Below are positions 40,002 to 49,767 of a stretch of 64,000 nt of DNA, one piece after another. A model generated the notes under the pieces. That model saw nothing but the letters and a program-made list of their open reading frames with translations. It ran no database searches and was not told the DNA's origin. Origin of the DNA: an uncultured virus (IMG/VR IMGVR_UViG_3300045923_000041) (lineage: Duplodnaviria; Heunggongvirae; Uroviricota; Caudoviricetes); the IMG/VR virus record IMGVR_UViG_3300045923_000041, positions 62,001 to 126,000 of that record; one strand, given 5' to 3'. Made by a program: the position numbers and the translations under genes. The number at the start of each line of letters is the position of its first letter. Positions within the stretch are counted from its first letter, which is position 1.

Positions 40002-43000
40002 GACGGCCTCCGGTCGTATGCGGACACCGCTGGGAAGTCCTCCGGGGTCCTCGGGTCGATCGTGTCCGACTCGAAGAAGCTGGCGAGCACGGTGGTTGCG
40101 TCCGGCGGCTCGGGGGTCGGGTCGTTCTTGCCGGGGACGTTCTGTCCCTTCTTGAGCCCTGCCTCCGAGACGAAGACGCTCGGTCCAGCATCTCGCCCGT
40201 AAGCGCTCTTGGCCGGGCACACGATGGTCAGGTTTTTCGCTGCGCGGGTCATCGCAACGTAGGCGAGCTGGCGCTCTGTCTTGAACTCCTCGGCCCGCTC
40301 CTTGGCCAGGCGCTCTTGCGCCTCGGGCGGGAGAAGCTCCTCACCCGGCTTCGGCCTCGGCTCGTACGGGAAGACACCCCTGGCCATGACCACAGAGGTG
40401 TTGTTCCACTGCGCGCCCTTGACCGAGTGCACGGTGGAGAGGGTCACGCAGGGCGGCGCCTTGCGCTCGTTCGGGGGGAGCTTCTGCTGCTCCGCATCCC
40501 ACTGGTCGAGATCGATGCGCAGATCCTTCGAGGCGGCCACGAGCTTGTCGATGCGCGCCTTGAACTTCTTGGGATCGCTCGGGTCCGTGTCCAGGTTCGC
40601 TGGATCCGGCTGCGCGATCTGGAAGAGGAAGACCACGTTGCCGATCGGCTTCTTCGACGGGTCATCATCCGGATCGGGCGGCGAGTCGCTCTCTTCCTCG
40701 TGTCCCCCAAATACGGGCATGAGCACGTCGCGCAGGGTCGGAGCAGGAGCATCCCTGCGTTCGGGCACACCCTTGACGTTGAGGATGTCGCCGAAGAGGT
40801 CTTGTGTCGTGTAAGGCTTGTTCTCGCCGGTCAGCCTGTCGTAGATCTTGCCGACCTCTACGGACTCCCGCATCCCACGAAGAGCGCGGCCGAGGTTCTC
40901 CAGCTCCTCACCCGTAGCCCGAACCTTCCAGTTCTCCCAGCGGCGGGCCGGGTCCATCGCGTCCATGAACGCGTTGATACCGGGACGGTCGAAGAGATCG
41001 AGCGGGTTGACGTTCTTCGAAGAGGTGCCGAGCTGGCGCGCCCTCTTTTCGACGACCTCGTTAACGATGCGCTCCGACTCCCCCGCCTTGAGGTAGAACC
41101 TGTTCGGCTTGTTCAAGACCTCGATGAGCGACTTCTGCATGCGCTCGAAATCCTGACCCGCTGCCAGGTTGAAGTAGCTCATCACGGTCACGGTCTCGGG
41201 GGACCGGAGGAAGCTCGTGCCGCCCTTGCGTGCGTACGGGATGCCCTGGATGATGCAGGCCGTCTCGAAGTCGTTCTGCTCCATGTTGGTACGGGTCAGA
41301 ACGGCGTAGTCTTCCAGCGGAGCGCCGGCGTCCACGTCCTGCTTGATCTGCGAGACGACGCTCAGAGCGCCCGCTGCATGGGTCGGCGGCTCTTGAACGA
41401 CGATCGAAGACTGCCCCCGCGGCTTGGACGCATCCGGCACCGCCTCCATGGGGACGCCACGGGGGTGGTTGGTCATGAGCTGGTTGGCGTGATCGACGAT
41501 CTCGGGCAAGCAGCGATAGTTCGTGCGGATGGTCTTGGTCTTCCACCCGGGCTTGCCGTGGAACTGCGTGAGCAGCTCCGGACGAGCGCCCACGAAGCGG
41601 TTGACGCTCTGCACTTCGTCGCCCACGAGCCATACGGACTTGCCGTCCGAACCGTCGCCAATGTGCTCGGACATCATGGCGATGATCTGGTGCTGCACCG
41701 TGTTGAGGTCTTGGGCCTCATCGACCAGGATGTGATCGAACATGGCCTGAACGCGCTTGCGCACGATGGGGTCTCGCTTGAGCACGTCGCGGAACATGAT
41801 GATCATGTCCGAGAAGTCGCCAAGACGAGCCTTGCCGTTATCGCGCCACTTCGCGAGGAACTCTCCCCACTGCTTCATCGCCTTGGGGCTGGTGTCCTTG
41901 CAGGGCGGGCTCCAGGTCTTGTCGATGCCCTTGAAGCCGTTGAGCCAGGCGTACCACTCGGCCTGGTCCTTCTCTTCTTCCGTTCCGGCCATCGCCTTCG
42001 CTTGCGCGGGAGTGATGTCGTTCATCATCCAGGACTGGACGACATTCTTCGCCCGCCCCGGCGGATCCTGGTCCCGGCATTCCTTCCAGATGCGGGCCAT
42101 GTACCCGCCGAAGGCTCCCGGGGAAGGTGCCCGGCCTGAACGCTGGTCCTGGTCGCCCGCCTTCTTCGAGGGCGTAGTCATGAGCCACGTGGTGAGCGCG
42201 GCCTTCTCCTCAGGCGTGCCGTTCTCGACGACGAACTTGCGGAACATGCCGTGCATCGTCCCGACGTTCATCTGCTTGAGCGCGTCGTCGCCGACCTGCG
42301 CTCCGATGCGCTCCCGAAGCTCGCGGGCGGCCTTGCGGTTGAAGCTCACGACGAAGATACGAGCCGGGTTGACCTTGCGGTCCTTGACCAGGTAAGCCGC
42401 ACGAGCCGTGACCGTGGTGGTCTTGCCCGAACCGGCGCCGGCCATGATGACGACGCGGCCGTCTGTCAGAGCGGCATCGAGCTGCTCGGGGTCCAGGCGG
42501 GCCAGAGACTCGGGGACGGCCCCGGCCTTCGAGGCGGCTGCGGCCGCTGTGGCGATGCCGATGACCTCGGACTTGGTAGGCGGAGCGTCCGCCTCCCCGC
42601 TCACATCAAGAGCCCGCTTGGCAGCCTCCTGAGCGTCCTTCTGGATGACTGTCAATCGGTCTGCATGGTCCTTGGTCGCAACGTGTGCCTCTTCACTGAG
42701 GACGGGGCCTGCCACCCTCTTGGCGTTGTCGAGGGTCAAGGCATGGGTGTCGTCGAGCGTGGCCGTTGCAGCGGCATCCACGGCGTTCTGAACATCGCCA
42801 GCGCCCGCGACCTTCGCCGCGAGGTCAATCCATGCGCGCACCCGCGCGTTGCGGATCGAGACCGTGGCGATTTGACCCATCGCCGAAGCGCCATCGTCGT
42901 ACGTGGACGCCTGCATGACCAAGTTCACCTCGCGACGTGCGCGGGCGGACTCGAAGACCTTGCGGATGGTGGCCGTACCCCCAAGAGAGAGCACGTTGCG

Positions 43001-43348
43001 GAGCTGGAGGGCCTGACGAGGCAGGCCAGCGCGGCTCGTGGCAAACCGGAACGCCTTGGCCAGCATCTTCTTGCGCGTCTCGTTGGGCATGTGCCCGGTC
43101 AGAAACGCATGGTACGCGTCGCCGTGCTGCGAGTTGGCCTGCTGAAGAAGCCTCAGGCCCCGCTTGAGAACGGGGTCCATGGGGTCGTGAAGACCCGTCT
43201 TCTCCTTCAGGAACCGGAAGTACGTGTCATAGGCGAAGACGAAGACCACCCATTCGGCGACTTCGAGATCTCCCACATCCTCGACCGGATCAGAGTGCCC
43301 GGTCGGAACTGGCTCAGCGGCGGTGCGACGGTCGTAGCTCATCACCAT
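39998..43348 (-). CDS. SF1A DNA helicase (UvrD/PcrA/Rep family) with ~280-aa N-terminal extension
   Basis: Q motif LDPEQ, I AGAGSGKT, Ia SFNRKAARELRER, II VDEAQD, III VGDEVQSVNRFVGA, IV NYRC, IVa VLTRTN, V STVHSVKG, VI ERQLAYVAMTRA. Confidence 0.95.
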   Translation of the reverse strand: MVMSYDRRTAAEPVPTGHSDPVEDVGDLEVAEWVVFVFAYDTYFRFLKEKTGLHDPMDPVLKRGLRLLQQANSQHGDAYHAFLTGHMPNETRKKMLAKAFRFATSRAGLPRQALQLRNVLSLGGTATIRKVFESARARREVNLVMQASTYDDGASAMGQIATVSIRNARVRAWIDLAAKVAGAGDVQNAVDAAATATLDDTHALTLDNAKRVAGPVLSEEAHVATKDHADRLTVIQKDAQEAAKRALDVSGEADAPPTKSEVIGIATAAAAASKAGAVPESLARLDPEQLDAALTDGRVVIMAGAGSGKTTTVTARAAYLVKDRKVNPARIFVVSFNRKAARELRERIGAQVGDDALKQMNVGTMHGMFRKFVVENGTPEEKAALTTWLMTTPSKKAGDQDQRSGRAPSPGAFGGYMARIWKECRDQDPPGRAKNVVQSWMMNDITPAQAKAMAGTEEEKDQAEWYAWLNGFKGIDKTWSPPCKDTSPKAMKQWGEFLAKWRDNGKARLGDFSDMIIMFRDVLKRDPIVRKRVQAMFDHILVDEAQDLNTVQHQIIAMMSEHIGDGSDGKSVWLVGDEVQSVNRFVGARPELLTQFHGKPGWKTKTIRTNYRCLPEIVDHANQLMTNHPRGVPMEAVPDASKPRGQSSIVVQEPPTHAAGALSVVSQIKQDVDAGAPLEDYAVLTRTNMEQNDFETACIIQGIPYARKGGTSFLRSPETVTVMSYFNLAAGQDFERMQKSLIEVLNKPNRFYLKAGESERIVNEVVEKRARQLGTSSKNVNPLDLFDRPGINAFMDAMDPARRWENWKVRATGEELENLGRALRGMRESVEVGKIYDRLTGENKPYTTQDLFGDILNVKGVPERRDAPAPTLRDVLMPVFGGHEEESDSPPDPDDDPSKKPIGNVVFLFQIAQPDPANLDTDPSDPKKFKARIDKLVAASKDLRIDLDQWDAEQQKLPPNERKAPPCVTLSTVHSVKGAQWNNTSVVMARGVFPYEPRPKPGEELLPPEAQERLAKERAEEFKTERQLAYVAMTRAAKNLTIVCPAKSAYGRDAGPSVFVSEAGLKKGQNVPGKNDPTPEPPDATTVLASFFESDTIDPRTPEDFPAVSAYDRRPS

Positions 43349-43380
43349 CTCTACCCTTACACCCGTCGTTCAATAGATGG

Positions 43381-43421
43381 AAGCAAACAGCCCCGGAGTC
43401 CGACGAGGGACTTCGGGGCTG
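43381..43421 (-). terminator. Probable intrinsic terminator after the sheath gene
   Basis: CAGCCCCGAAGTCC-ctcgtc-GGACTCCGGGGCTG (13/14 bp) followed by TTTGCTT on the minus strand. Confidence 0.7.
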
Positions 43422-43442
43422 CCGGCTGGGGTTTCCCTAGCC

Positions 43443-46400
43443 TCAGAGGCTCGCGCGGAGGTTGAACGTCAGCACGAGGTAGAGGAGGGGGAAGATCGGC
43501 TGGTAGTAGGCCGAGAAGTCGAGCGTCGTGGGGTCGTTCGGATCGACCACTGCGCTCACGCCCGTGTACGCGCCGATGATCTGCGCCTCGATGAGGCCCT
43601 TGAGAAGGGCGGTCATCGAAACCGTGACCTCGTTGGTACGCGAGAGCAGGTACTTCGTGCCGACGAACGAGTCCAGGATGACTCGGCTCTGCTGCTGCAC
43701 GAAGTCGCTGATCTGCGTCACCGTGGGGAGACGCGTCAGGATCGTGCTCATGTTCGTCGTCAGAGCAGCGCGGATGCGGATGAGCGGTTGCAGCTCTTCG
43801 AGCACCGTGATGCCTGCGACGGCGGTCTGGTTGGCCGTGACAGGGTCGAGCACCCGGGGGATGCTCGTGAAGCCCTGGAGGCGGCGACGGTCGTAGGGGG
43901 TCGCGACGTCCACCGCAGGCGAGCACCCCGCGCCGGCAACTGCCGCCGCGTAGAAGGTACCGTCCACGATCGAGTCGTAGCTTGCGCCCGTCTCGTCCGT
44001 CAGGGTGATGTCGGAGCTGTCGGGGTAGAACGCGACGATGCGGTTTGAGAGCAAGCTCCGAACGACCGTCTGAGCGTTCGTCGGCGACGTGCCCGAAGCG
44101 AACCCGATGAAGCCCATCCGCTCCGACTGGTTGCGGATGTTGGATTCCACTTCACAGTGCTGCGTCAGGTAGGCGTAGACTGCCGTGCTGGTCGCGAGCG
44201 GGACGAGGATGTCCGGCTTCACGTTGCCAGGCAGCGGGGTCGCGAGGTTCTGGATGGCCGTGATGAAGCTCGCGTCCGACGCCTGGTTCGTGTTCGGCAC
44301 CGCGAGCACCTGGCTGATACCCACGAGCACCGCGCCGTTGAGGATGGCGAGGTACGCCGCGAGGCTGACCCGGTTTTGCGGGGCCACGACGCCGAAGTTG
44401 GCGTTGATGGTCGCTTGCTGCTGGAAGAGCCGGACCGTGAAGTCCTGCTTCATGTACTGGTAGGACACGAAGTAGAAGTCGCCGACTGCCGGAGCGGTGC
44501 CGCTCGGGTTGAAGGTCGTGATCGTGCCCGTGTCGTTCGTTCCGACGCCCACGGTGTTGGAGACGGTGGTCTCCAGACCCGGGATGGCGTAGGTCGGAAT
44601 GGCCGAGGTCACGTTGAACGTCTGCGAGACGAGCAGCGTGAAGCTTCCGGATCCCCCGTAGCTGCCGATGGCGGACGGCAGCACCGTGAAGCGCAGGCCC
44701 GTCTTCGCATCGACGTACGTCTGACCAGGGTAGCCAGTTCCGCTCGAACCCGAGGAGTTCGAAGACGTGACCACGAAGTTGTCGATCGGGTTCTCGCCGT
44801 CATCCCCATCCGTGCCCGGCACGAGACCGATGTTGGTGCTCGTGTTGAACGCGGAGTTCGAGGAGGTGACGAAGCCGATGCTCGAACCTGCCGCGCCGAC
44901 CGTCAACGACTCGAACGTGATGTAGTTCAGGCTGTTGATCTGATCGACGTAGGCAATGGCCGCCGACTTGAAGCCGGAGGTCGCCATGAGTTCGTCCACG
45001 ATCTCGTAGGCGAAGACCTGGACCTGGCTTGCCGAGGCGTTCTGCGTGAAGCCGAGTGGCGTGTTCGCCGTTCCCGTGCCGATGATGATCGACGAGTTGG
45101 CGTTGTTGGTCGGGCTCGTGAGGCGGAGCTTGCCCGAGTTTGCGAGAGTACCAACCGAGGCGACACCAGAGAGACCCGGGGTCGTGTTGATCGCGGTCAC
45201 GATGGCCGACGTAGCGACCGACGTCCCGTTGGGGATGGTGATCGTGTACTGGTTGCCGTTGACCGAGATGATGAGCTGGTCGTTGACCCCCAACGTGATG
45301 TTGTAGGGGCCTGCGATGCTGCTCAGGAGGGTTGCCGGCTTGTTGATCGCGCCGGTCGTGCCCTTACCCGTCGAGAAGGTCTGGAACCCGAGGGTCGAGG
45401 TGACAGTACCCTGGTTGATCTCGACTGCCGAGGGGCTGTCGAAACCGCCAGGCAGCGCGCCCGGAACCGAGTAGCTGTAGATGTAGAACAGTACGTCGCC
45501 CGTGCTCGGCCCGATCTGGGAGAAGTTGGCGAGGTTGTTCGGTGCCGTTCCGGAGAACGCAGCGTTGAGGTCGATGACCTCGTTGATCGAGGCCACGATG
45601 GCTGCCGGGCTGTAGTAGCCCCCAGCCGCCGAGCCGAAGACCGCCGTGGTCGAGGGGTTGGTCGTACCCGTGTAAGCCGTCGTGAGCGTGATGTTGCCGC
45701 TCGTGACCGCCTGGACCACGTAGTACGTGCCCGCCTGCGAAGCGAACGTGATGACGTTGCCCGGGAAGACGAGCCCGACTTGCGAGGTCGAAGTCGTGAC
45801 CGTGGCGCTTGCCGTCACATCGAAGGTACCCGTGAGGGCTCCCGTGGGCAGCGTGACCGAGAGGGCCGTGCCGTCGATGGTCAGGTTGAGGACGTTGTTC
45901 GGAGCGGCCGGGATCTGGATGAACCCAGAGTCGCCACCCGACTGGACCGGCGTGACGTGCCCGCCGACCACGACACCGCGCTCTGCGGCAGCGAGGTTGG
46001 TCGTCACGTTGCTGCCGTTGACTTCCGTGACCCACGTCGCCGAGGACGGCGTGAAGATCGAGTACGGCTCAGCGTTGCGGTTCGTGAAGCTCGCGTTGTT
46101 GGCGGCCGCCGTACCGAACGTCACCGTCACGGTCTCGGGGACCGGCGTTCCGGCGCCCGTCATGAAGGCGTCGGGGATGCTCTGAACGCCACGCGGCCAG
46201 ATGACCTGTTGGCTGAGACCAGACGTCGTGCCGAACCGGATCTGCCAGGCGTTCTGGTTCTGGTTCGAGTCGAGGATCTGGTACGTACCCGCCCCGTACG
46301 CCCCAGGGGTCGTGCAGGTCAGGATGAACGTGTCATCCGTAATCCGGTTGTACCAGAAGGTGGCCCAAGCCTGGAAGTCGGGCGGGACCGGGTTGGCCAG

Positions 46401-47942
46401 CGTGACGAGACGCTGAAGTCCGTCCACCGCCGTCACCGTGACCGGGCCACGGTTGACTGCATCACGGAACGAGCGACCCACGTAGACCTGAACGAGGTCC
46501 GGGCGGTTCGTCACGAGGTCTTGGCGCGCGTTCGTGACCGAGTTGAAGAGCGGCAGGCCAAGGGGCGTGTCGCGGCCGTTGCCGGTCGTCGGGATTTCCG
46601 GCAGCGTGAACTGGTTGGTCGAAACCGTCGCCGGGATCGTCGTGGTGTTCACAACGCGCGTGCACGGGGCCAGCCAGAGCTTGTCGTCCACGAGAAGGGC
46701 GCTGACGAGCGTGTTGTCGAACGGCTGCGCACCAGTCGAGGTCGAACCTGCTGCGATGACGAAGCTCGTCCCCCAGAGGATGACCGAGACCGACTTCGAA
46801 GGGTTGGAGACGATGAAGTCCACACCCTGCACGTAGTCGTTGCGGCCTGGCGAGATGCCGCACGCGACCACGTTGGTCACGAGGGAGTTCGGCAGGTAGT
46901 CGAACGTGTTCTGCCAGGTGTTGGCCGAGTATTGAACCGTGACCGTGGTCCCCGCTGCCGGAGCGTAGGGGAGCGTCACGACACCGTTCGTACCGTCGAG
47001 GCTCGTCGGGATGACCTGGACGTTGTTGACGAGAACGACCACCTTCGAGGTGTCCGTCGTCGTCACGCCGCCGCCCGTGCCGTCCGTGACCGGGATGTTG
47101 AAGACCCGGAACGCCTGGTTGCGGACCGTCTTCGCACCGGCCGAGAAGCCGAGGATGCCGTTGGCCGTGCCCGAACCGATGATGAGGTTCTGGGTCGTCG
47201 TGAACTGCACGTGGTTCAGACCCGCGTTGTCGGTGAAGACCGACGCCACGAGGTTGGTCACCGCGGCTGCGTTGATCGCAGAAGCGAAACCCGCCGCCGT
47301 GTAGCTCTGTGCCCCGAGCGAGATCGTCGAGGTGACGCCGTTGACCGAGACAGCGAACTGGTCGCTCTGGCCACCGACCACCACGTACGGCTCGAACGCC
47401 GGCGCAACGAGGGTTGCGAGGCTGTTGCTCACCTGGGCCGAGACGTCGTCCTTGAAGGACGTGTCGCCACGGTGGAAGTAGTAGGTGACGTTGACCTGGT
47501 CGGTCGGCTGCGTCGGCACCTGGAGGGTGATGAGACCCTGCGAACCGTTGACCGCTGCGAGAGCAACCGGCGTCCCGTTGACCGTAACGGTCACAGCGCT
47601 CGTGTTGTTCGAGACCGTCCCGGTCCCTTGACCGTTGGTGATCGGGAAGTTCGCCACCTTGAAGGTGACAAGGGTTCCCGTCTGGAGGCCGAGGATGAGG
47701 TTCTGGGGGTTCGTCGCGTTGACGACCCACTCCTCAGTGACGTCCTCGTTGACGATCTGTTCGTCGGCCGAGCCGGACGAACCGCGCACGATCTCGACGT
47801 TGTCGTTCTCCAGCACTTGCTGGCCGACCCCGATAATGACAGGGATCCTTAGACCCGCCGTCAGGTTCGAGACGTTGGCTTCAGTCAGCGTCCGCGTGTA
47901 AACGCCGGGCGGGACGTAGGAAATGAACGGGCCGAGTGCCAT
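43443..47942 (-). CDS. Tail sheath protein, giant multidomain form (1499 aa)
   Basis: N-terminal YVPPGVYTRT..IPVIIGVG; C-terminal PDILVPL...HCEVESN..ERMGFIG...IRAALTT...VTQISDFV...YYQPIFPLLYLVLTF. Confidence 0.92.
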   Translation of the reverse strand: MALGPFISYVPPGVYTRTLTEANVSNLTAGLRIPVIIGVGQQVLENDNVEIVRGSSGSADEQIVNEDVTEEWVVNATNPQNLILGLQTGTLVTFKVANFPITNGQGTGTVSNNTSAVTVTVNGTPVALAAVNGSQGLITLQVPTQPTDQVNVTYYFHRGDTSFKDDVSAQVSNSLATLVAPAFEPYVVVGGQSDQFAVSVNGVTSTISLGAQSYTAAGFASAINAAAVTNLVASVFTDNAGLNHVQFTTTQNLIIGSGTANGILGFSAGAKTVRNQAFRVFNIPVTDGTGGGVTTTDTSKVVVLVNNVQVIPTSLDGTNGVVTLPYAPAAGTTVTVQYSANTWQNTFDYLPNSLVTNVVACGISPGRNDYVQGVDFIVSNPSKSVSVILWGTSFVIAAGSTSTGAQPFDNTLVSALLVDDKLWLAPCTRVVNTTTIPATVSTNQFTLPEIPTTGNGRDTPLGLPLFNSVTNARQDLVTNRPDLVQVYVGRSFRDAVNRGPVTVTAVDGLQRLVTLANPVPPDFQAWATFWYNRITDDTFILTCTTPGAYGAGTYQILDSNQNQNAWQIRFGTTSGLSQQVIWPRGVQSIPDAFMTGAGTPVPETVTVTFGTAAANNASFTNRNAEPYSIFTPSSATWVTEVNGSNVTTNLAAAERGVVVGGHVTPVQSGGDSGFIQIPAAPNNVLNLTIDGTALSVTLPTGALTGTFDVTASATVTTSTSQVGLVFPGNVITFASQAGTYYVVQAVTSGNITLTTAYTGTTNPSTTAVFGSAAGGYYSPAAIVASINEVIDLNAAFSGTAPNNLANFSQIGPSTGDVLFYIYSYSVPGALPGGFDSPSAVEINQGTVTSTLGFQTFSTGKGTTGAINKPATLLSSIAGPYNITLGVNDQLIISVNGNQYTITIPNGTSVATSAIVTAINTTPGLSGVASVGTLANSGKLRLTSPTNNANSSIIIGTGTANTPLGFTQNASASQVQVFAYEIVDELMATSGFKSAAIAYVDQINSLNYITFESLTVGAAGSSIGFVTSSNSAFNTSTNIGLVPGTDGDDGENPIDNFVVTSSNSSGSSGTGYPGQTYVDAKTGLRFTVLPSAIGSYGGSGSFTLLVSQTFNVTSAIPTYAIPGLETTVSNTVGVGTNDTGTITTFNPSGTAPAVGDFYFVSYQYMKQDFTVRLFQQQATINANFGVVAPQNRVSLAAYLAILNGAVLVGISQVLAVPNTNQASDASFITAIQNLATPLPGNVKPDILVPLATSTAVYAYLTQHCEVESNIRNQSERMGFIGFASGTSPTNAQTVVRSLLSNRIVAFYPDSSDITLTDETGASYDSIVDGTFYAAAVAGAGCSPAVDVATPYDRRRLQGFTSIPRVLDPVTANQTAVAGITVLEELQPLIRIRAALTTNMSTILTRLPTVTQISDFVQQQSRVILDSFVGTKYLLSRTNEVTVSMTALLKGLIEAQIIGAYTGVSAVVDPNDPTTLDFSAYYQPIFPLLYLVLTFNLRASL

Positions 47943-48103
47943 CCGAGTGTCTCCTCAGCAGAGTGGAGAGAGGTGCTGCGTTCTCATCCGCATCTGGGTG
48001 CGATCTGCCGGAAATCGACAGTGCTTTCGCTTATCTGATTCGGATTCGGATCTCGCCCGTAGGTCGGCGCTGACGTTCTACGCTGGATAGAGTTACAAGA
48101 GAA
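47943..48103 (-). promoter_or_regulatory. Sheath leader: promoter-like motif, RRAYS array, small hairpins and SD
   Basis: GTTCTCTTGT at the distal end; AGATC-C-GAATC-C-GAATC-AGATA; GC-GAAA-GC; CTGTCG/CGGCAG stem; AGATG-C-GGATG-AGAAC; GAGGAG. Confidence 0.5.
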
Positions 48104-48550
48104 CTAGCGATGCTCGCCGCCGGGTCCCCTCTGTGCCCTGACCGAGTCGATGGCGACCTTGGCGAGATTGCGCCTCGCTGTACGTCCGCCGTCGCTCATA
48201 GGCTCATAATCAATGTAATCGCGGTTGTTGTGGCGGATCAGGGCATGGGTTCCACCCTGTTTACGGGCTTCGGCCTTGACCTTCTCCCGTTCGTGGATCT
48301 CCGCCCAGCGGACTTCCGCATCCCGCCCGACAAGCTTGTCCGCCGTAGGATAGTCGTTGTCGTGGACGCCCGTGTTCGCCGTAGCGCCCGTCTGGGAGCC
48401 CTTGAAGGCGAAAGCCAGTGAGTCCGCGTCCCACACTCGCGGTGCATCGCGCCCGCACGAGGGGCACTCGTGCGTCAGGTGCTCTGCCATCTTGAGGGTG
48501 CGGAGGAACTCGACGTTGCAGTCCTCGCACGCGAACGTGTACATGGGCAT
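48104..48550 (-). CDS. FmdB-family zinc-ribbon protein
   Basis: MPMYTFACEDC...ECPSCG..APRV. Confidence 0.85.
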   Translation of the reverse strand: MPMYTFACEDCNVEFLRTLKMAEHLTHECPSCGRDAPRVWDADSLAFAFKGSQTGATANTGVHDNDYPTADKLVGRDAEVRWAEIHEREKVKAEARKQGGTHALIRHNNRDYIDYEPMSDGGRTARRNLAKVAIDSVRAQRGPGGEHR

Positions 48551-48566
48551 GGGATCCTCATTTGGG

Positions 48567-49760
48567 TCAGCGGATGCGCTCGAAGTCGTTGTTGCGCCCG
48601 TTGAAGATGGGCAAGGAGGGGTAGATCAGGGGGCTTGCGCCGCTGGCGAGGGGGGCGACCTGGTCTGACGGCGTATTGGGGTCGGCCGGCTGACCGGCTG
48701 CGTTTGTCTGCCTGACACGACTGATCGTGAAGGGCATCGGCGCGTGCACTTCCCAGTCCGCGCGCAACTGGAGCGACAACGAGGCCGAGTACATGTAGAT
48801 GTCGCCCGTCTCATCCATGGGCTCTTCGCTCTCACCGCCCATGGAGAGGTCCACGATCTCGATGCCCTCGTTCTCCAGGTACGGCTTCTTGTCCGCCCAG
48901 AGGTACATCATCGCGAGGTCGGAGATCTCTTCCATCTGGATCGGGTCTTGAGCCACGGCTTCCAGTTCGAAGCTGACCTCCCACTTGCCACCGTACGCCC
49001 GCGCCACATCCACACGGTCCGGGTAGACCACGACCGCGCACTTGTCCCCAACGCGGGCACGCTTGCCGAACGCCATGACCACACCGGGCAGTGTCTTGAA
49101 GTCCGAGACGTTCCAAAAGAACGGGATCGGACCAAGGGACGGGACCGAGTAGCGGTACTCCGCCATGACCCTCGCCCCGGGCTTGAAGCGGGTCTTGAAG
49201 ACAATCGCTCCGGTCGAGTAGTTGACAACGTAGTCAGTACCCTCCGTGAGCAGCCAGTTGCCGTTCTCGTAGATCCGGAGCGTGCCCTTCGAAGGAGGGT
49301 TCTGAAGCTGACCCTCAGTCTCGATGCCGGTCTGAAAGAAGAGCAGAGGTTCTTGGGGGACCGTGATGAGGGGGTCAATCGTGTACATGCCAGGCTCGGA
49401 GGCGTTCTTGGGCACGGACAAGATCTCGATGTAGTAGACCCCAGGCAGGATCGGCATCTGCTCTTGGTTGTTCGCGAGGACAGCCTGATCCTCGCGAACC
49501 CACTCGATAGGATGCGCGGGCGTACCAAAGTAGAAGAGACCCACGTGGCTCTCGACCGTCCCCATGAAGTTGTCGCCAGCTAGGGAGATCTTGTTGGCAC
49601 TCGATCCCTTGACGATGATCCCGTACTGCGGACGCTCGTTGAAGCTGTACTTGTTCTGGATGTACGGAACGATCTTGCTGTAGATGGGGTGGCGCGAGAA
49701 CGAGTCTTTCAACTCGTTGATGATGCGCCGCTTGAGAGCCCCAATGATGTAGTAGTACAC
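48567..49760 (-). CDS. Tail terminator/completion protein (gp15-like) with inserted domain
   Basis: Upstream of the sheath; ERPQYGIIVK...GGKWEVSFELEAVAQD...YSASLSLQLRADW; inserted LTEGTDYVVNYSTGAIVF module. Confidence 0.6.
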   Translation of the reverse strand: MYYYIIGALKRRIINELKDSFSRHPIYSKIVPYIQNKYSFNERPQYGIIVKGSSANKISLAGDNFMGTVESHVGLFYFGTPAHPIEWVREDQAVLANNQEQMPILPGVYYIEILSVPKNASEPGMYTIDPLITVPQEPLLFFQTGIETEGQLQNPPSKGTLRIYENGNWLLTEGTDYVVNYSTGAIVFKTRFKPGARVMAEYRYSVPSLGPIPFFWNVSDFKTLPGVVMAFGKRARVGDKCAVVVYPDRVDVARAYGGKWEVSFELEAVAQDPIQMEEISDLAMMYLWADKKPYLENEGIEIVDLSMGGESEEPMDETGDIYMYSASLSLQLRADWEVHAPMPFTISRVRQTNAAGQPADPNTPSDQVAPLASGASPLIYPSLPIFNGRNNDFERIR

Positions 49761-49767
49761 GTGGGCC

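Noticed and set aside
40002..40220. Upstream part of the track's 217-aa ORF 39567..40220
   Set aside because: Overlaps the helicase C-terminus; the SD and ATGA coupling indicate a start at 40001.
39998..43348. Intein explaining the helicase length
   Set aside because: No C...HN splice motifs or LAGLIDADG blocks seen; the extra length is N-terminal.
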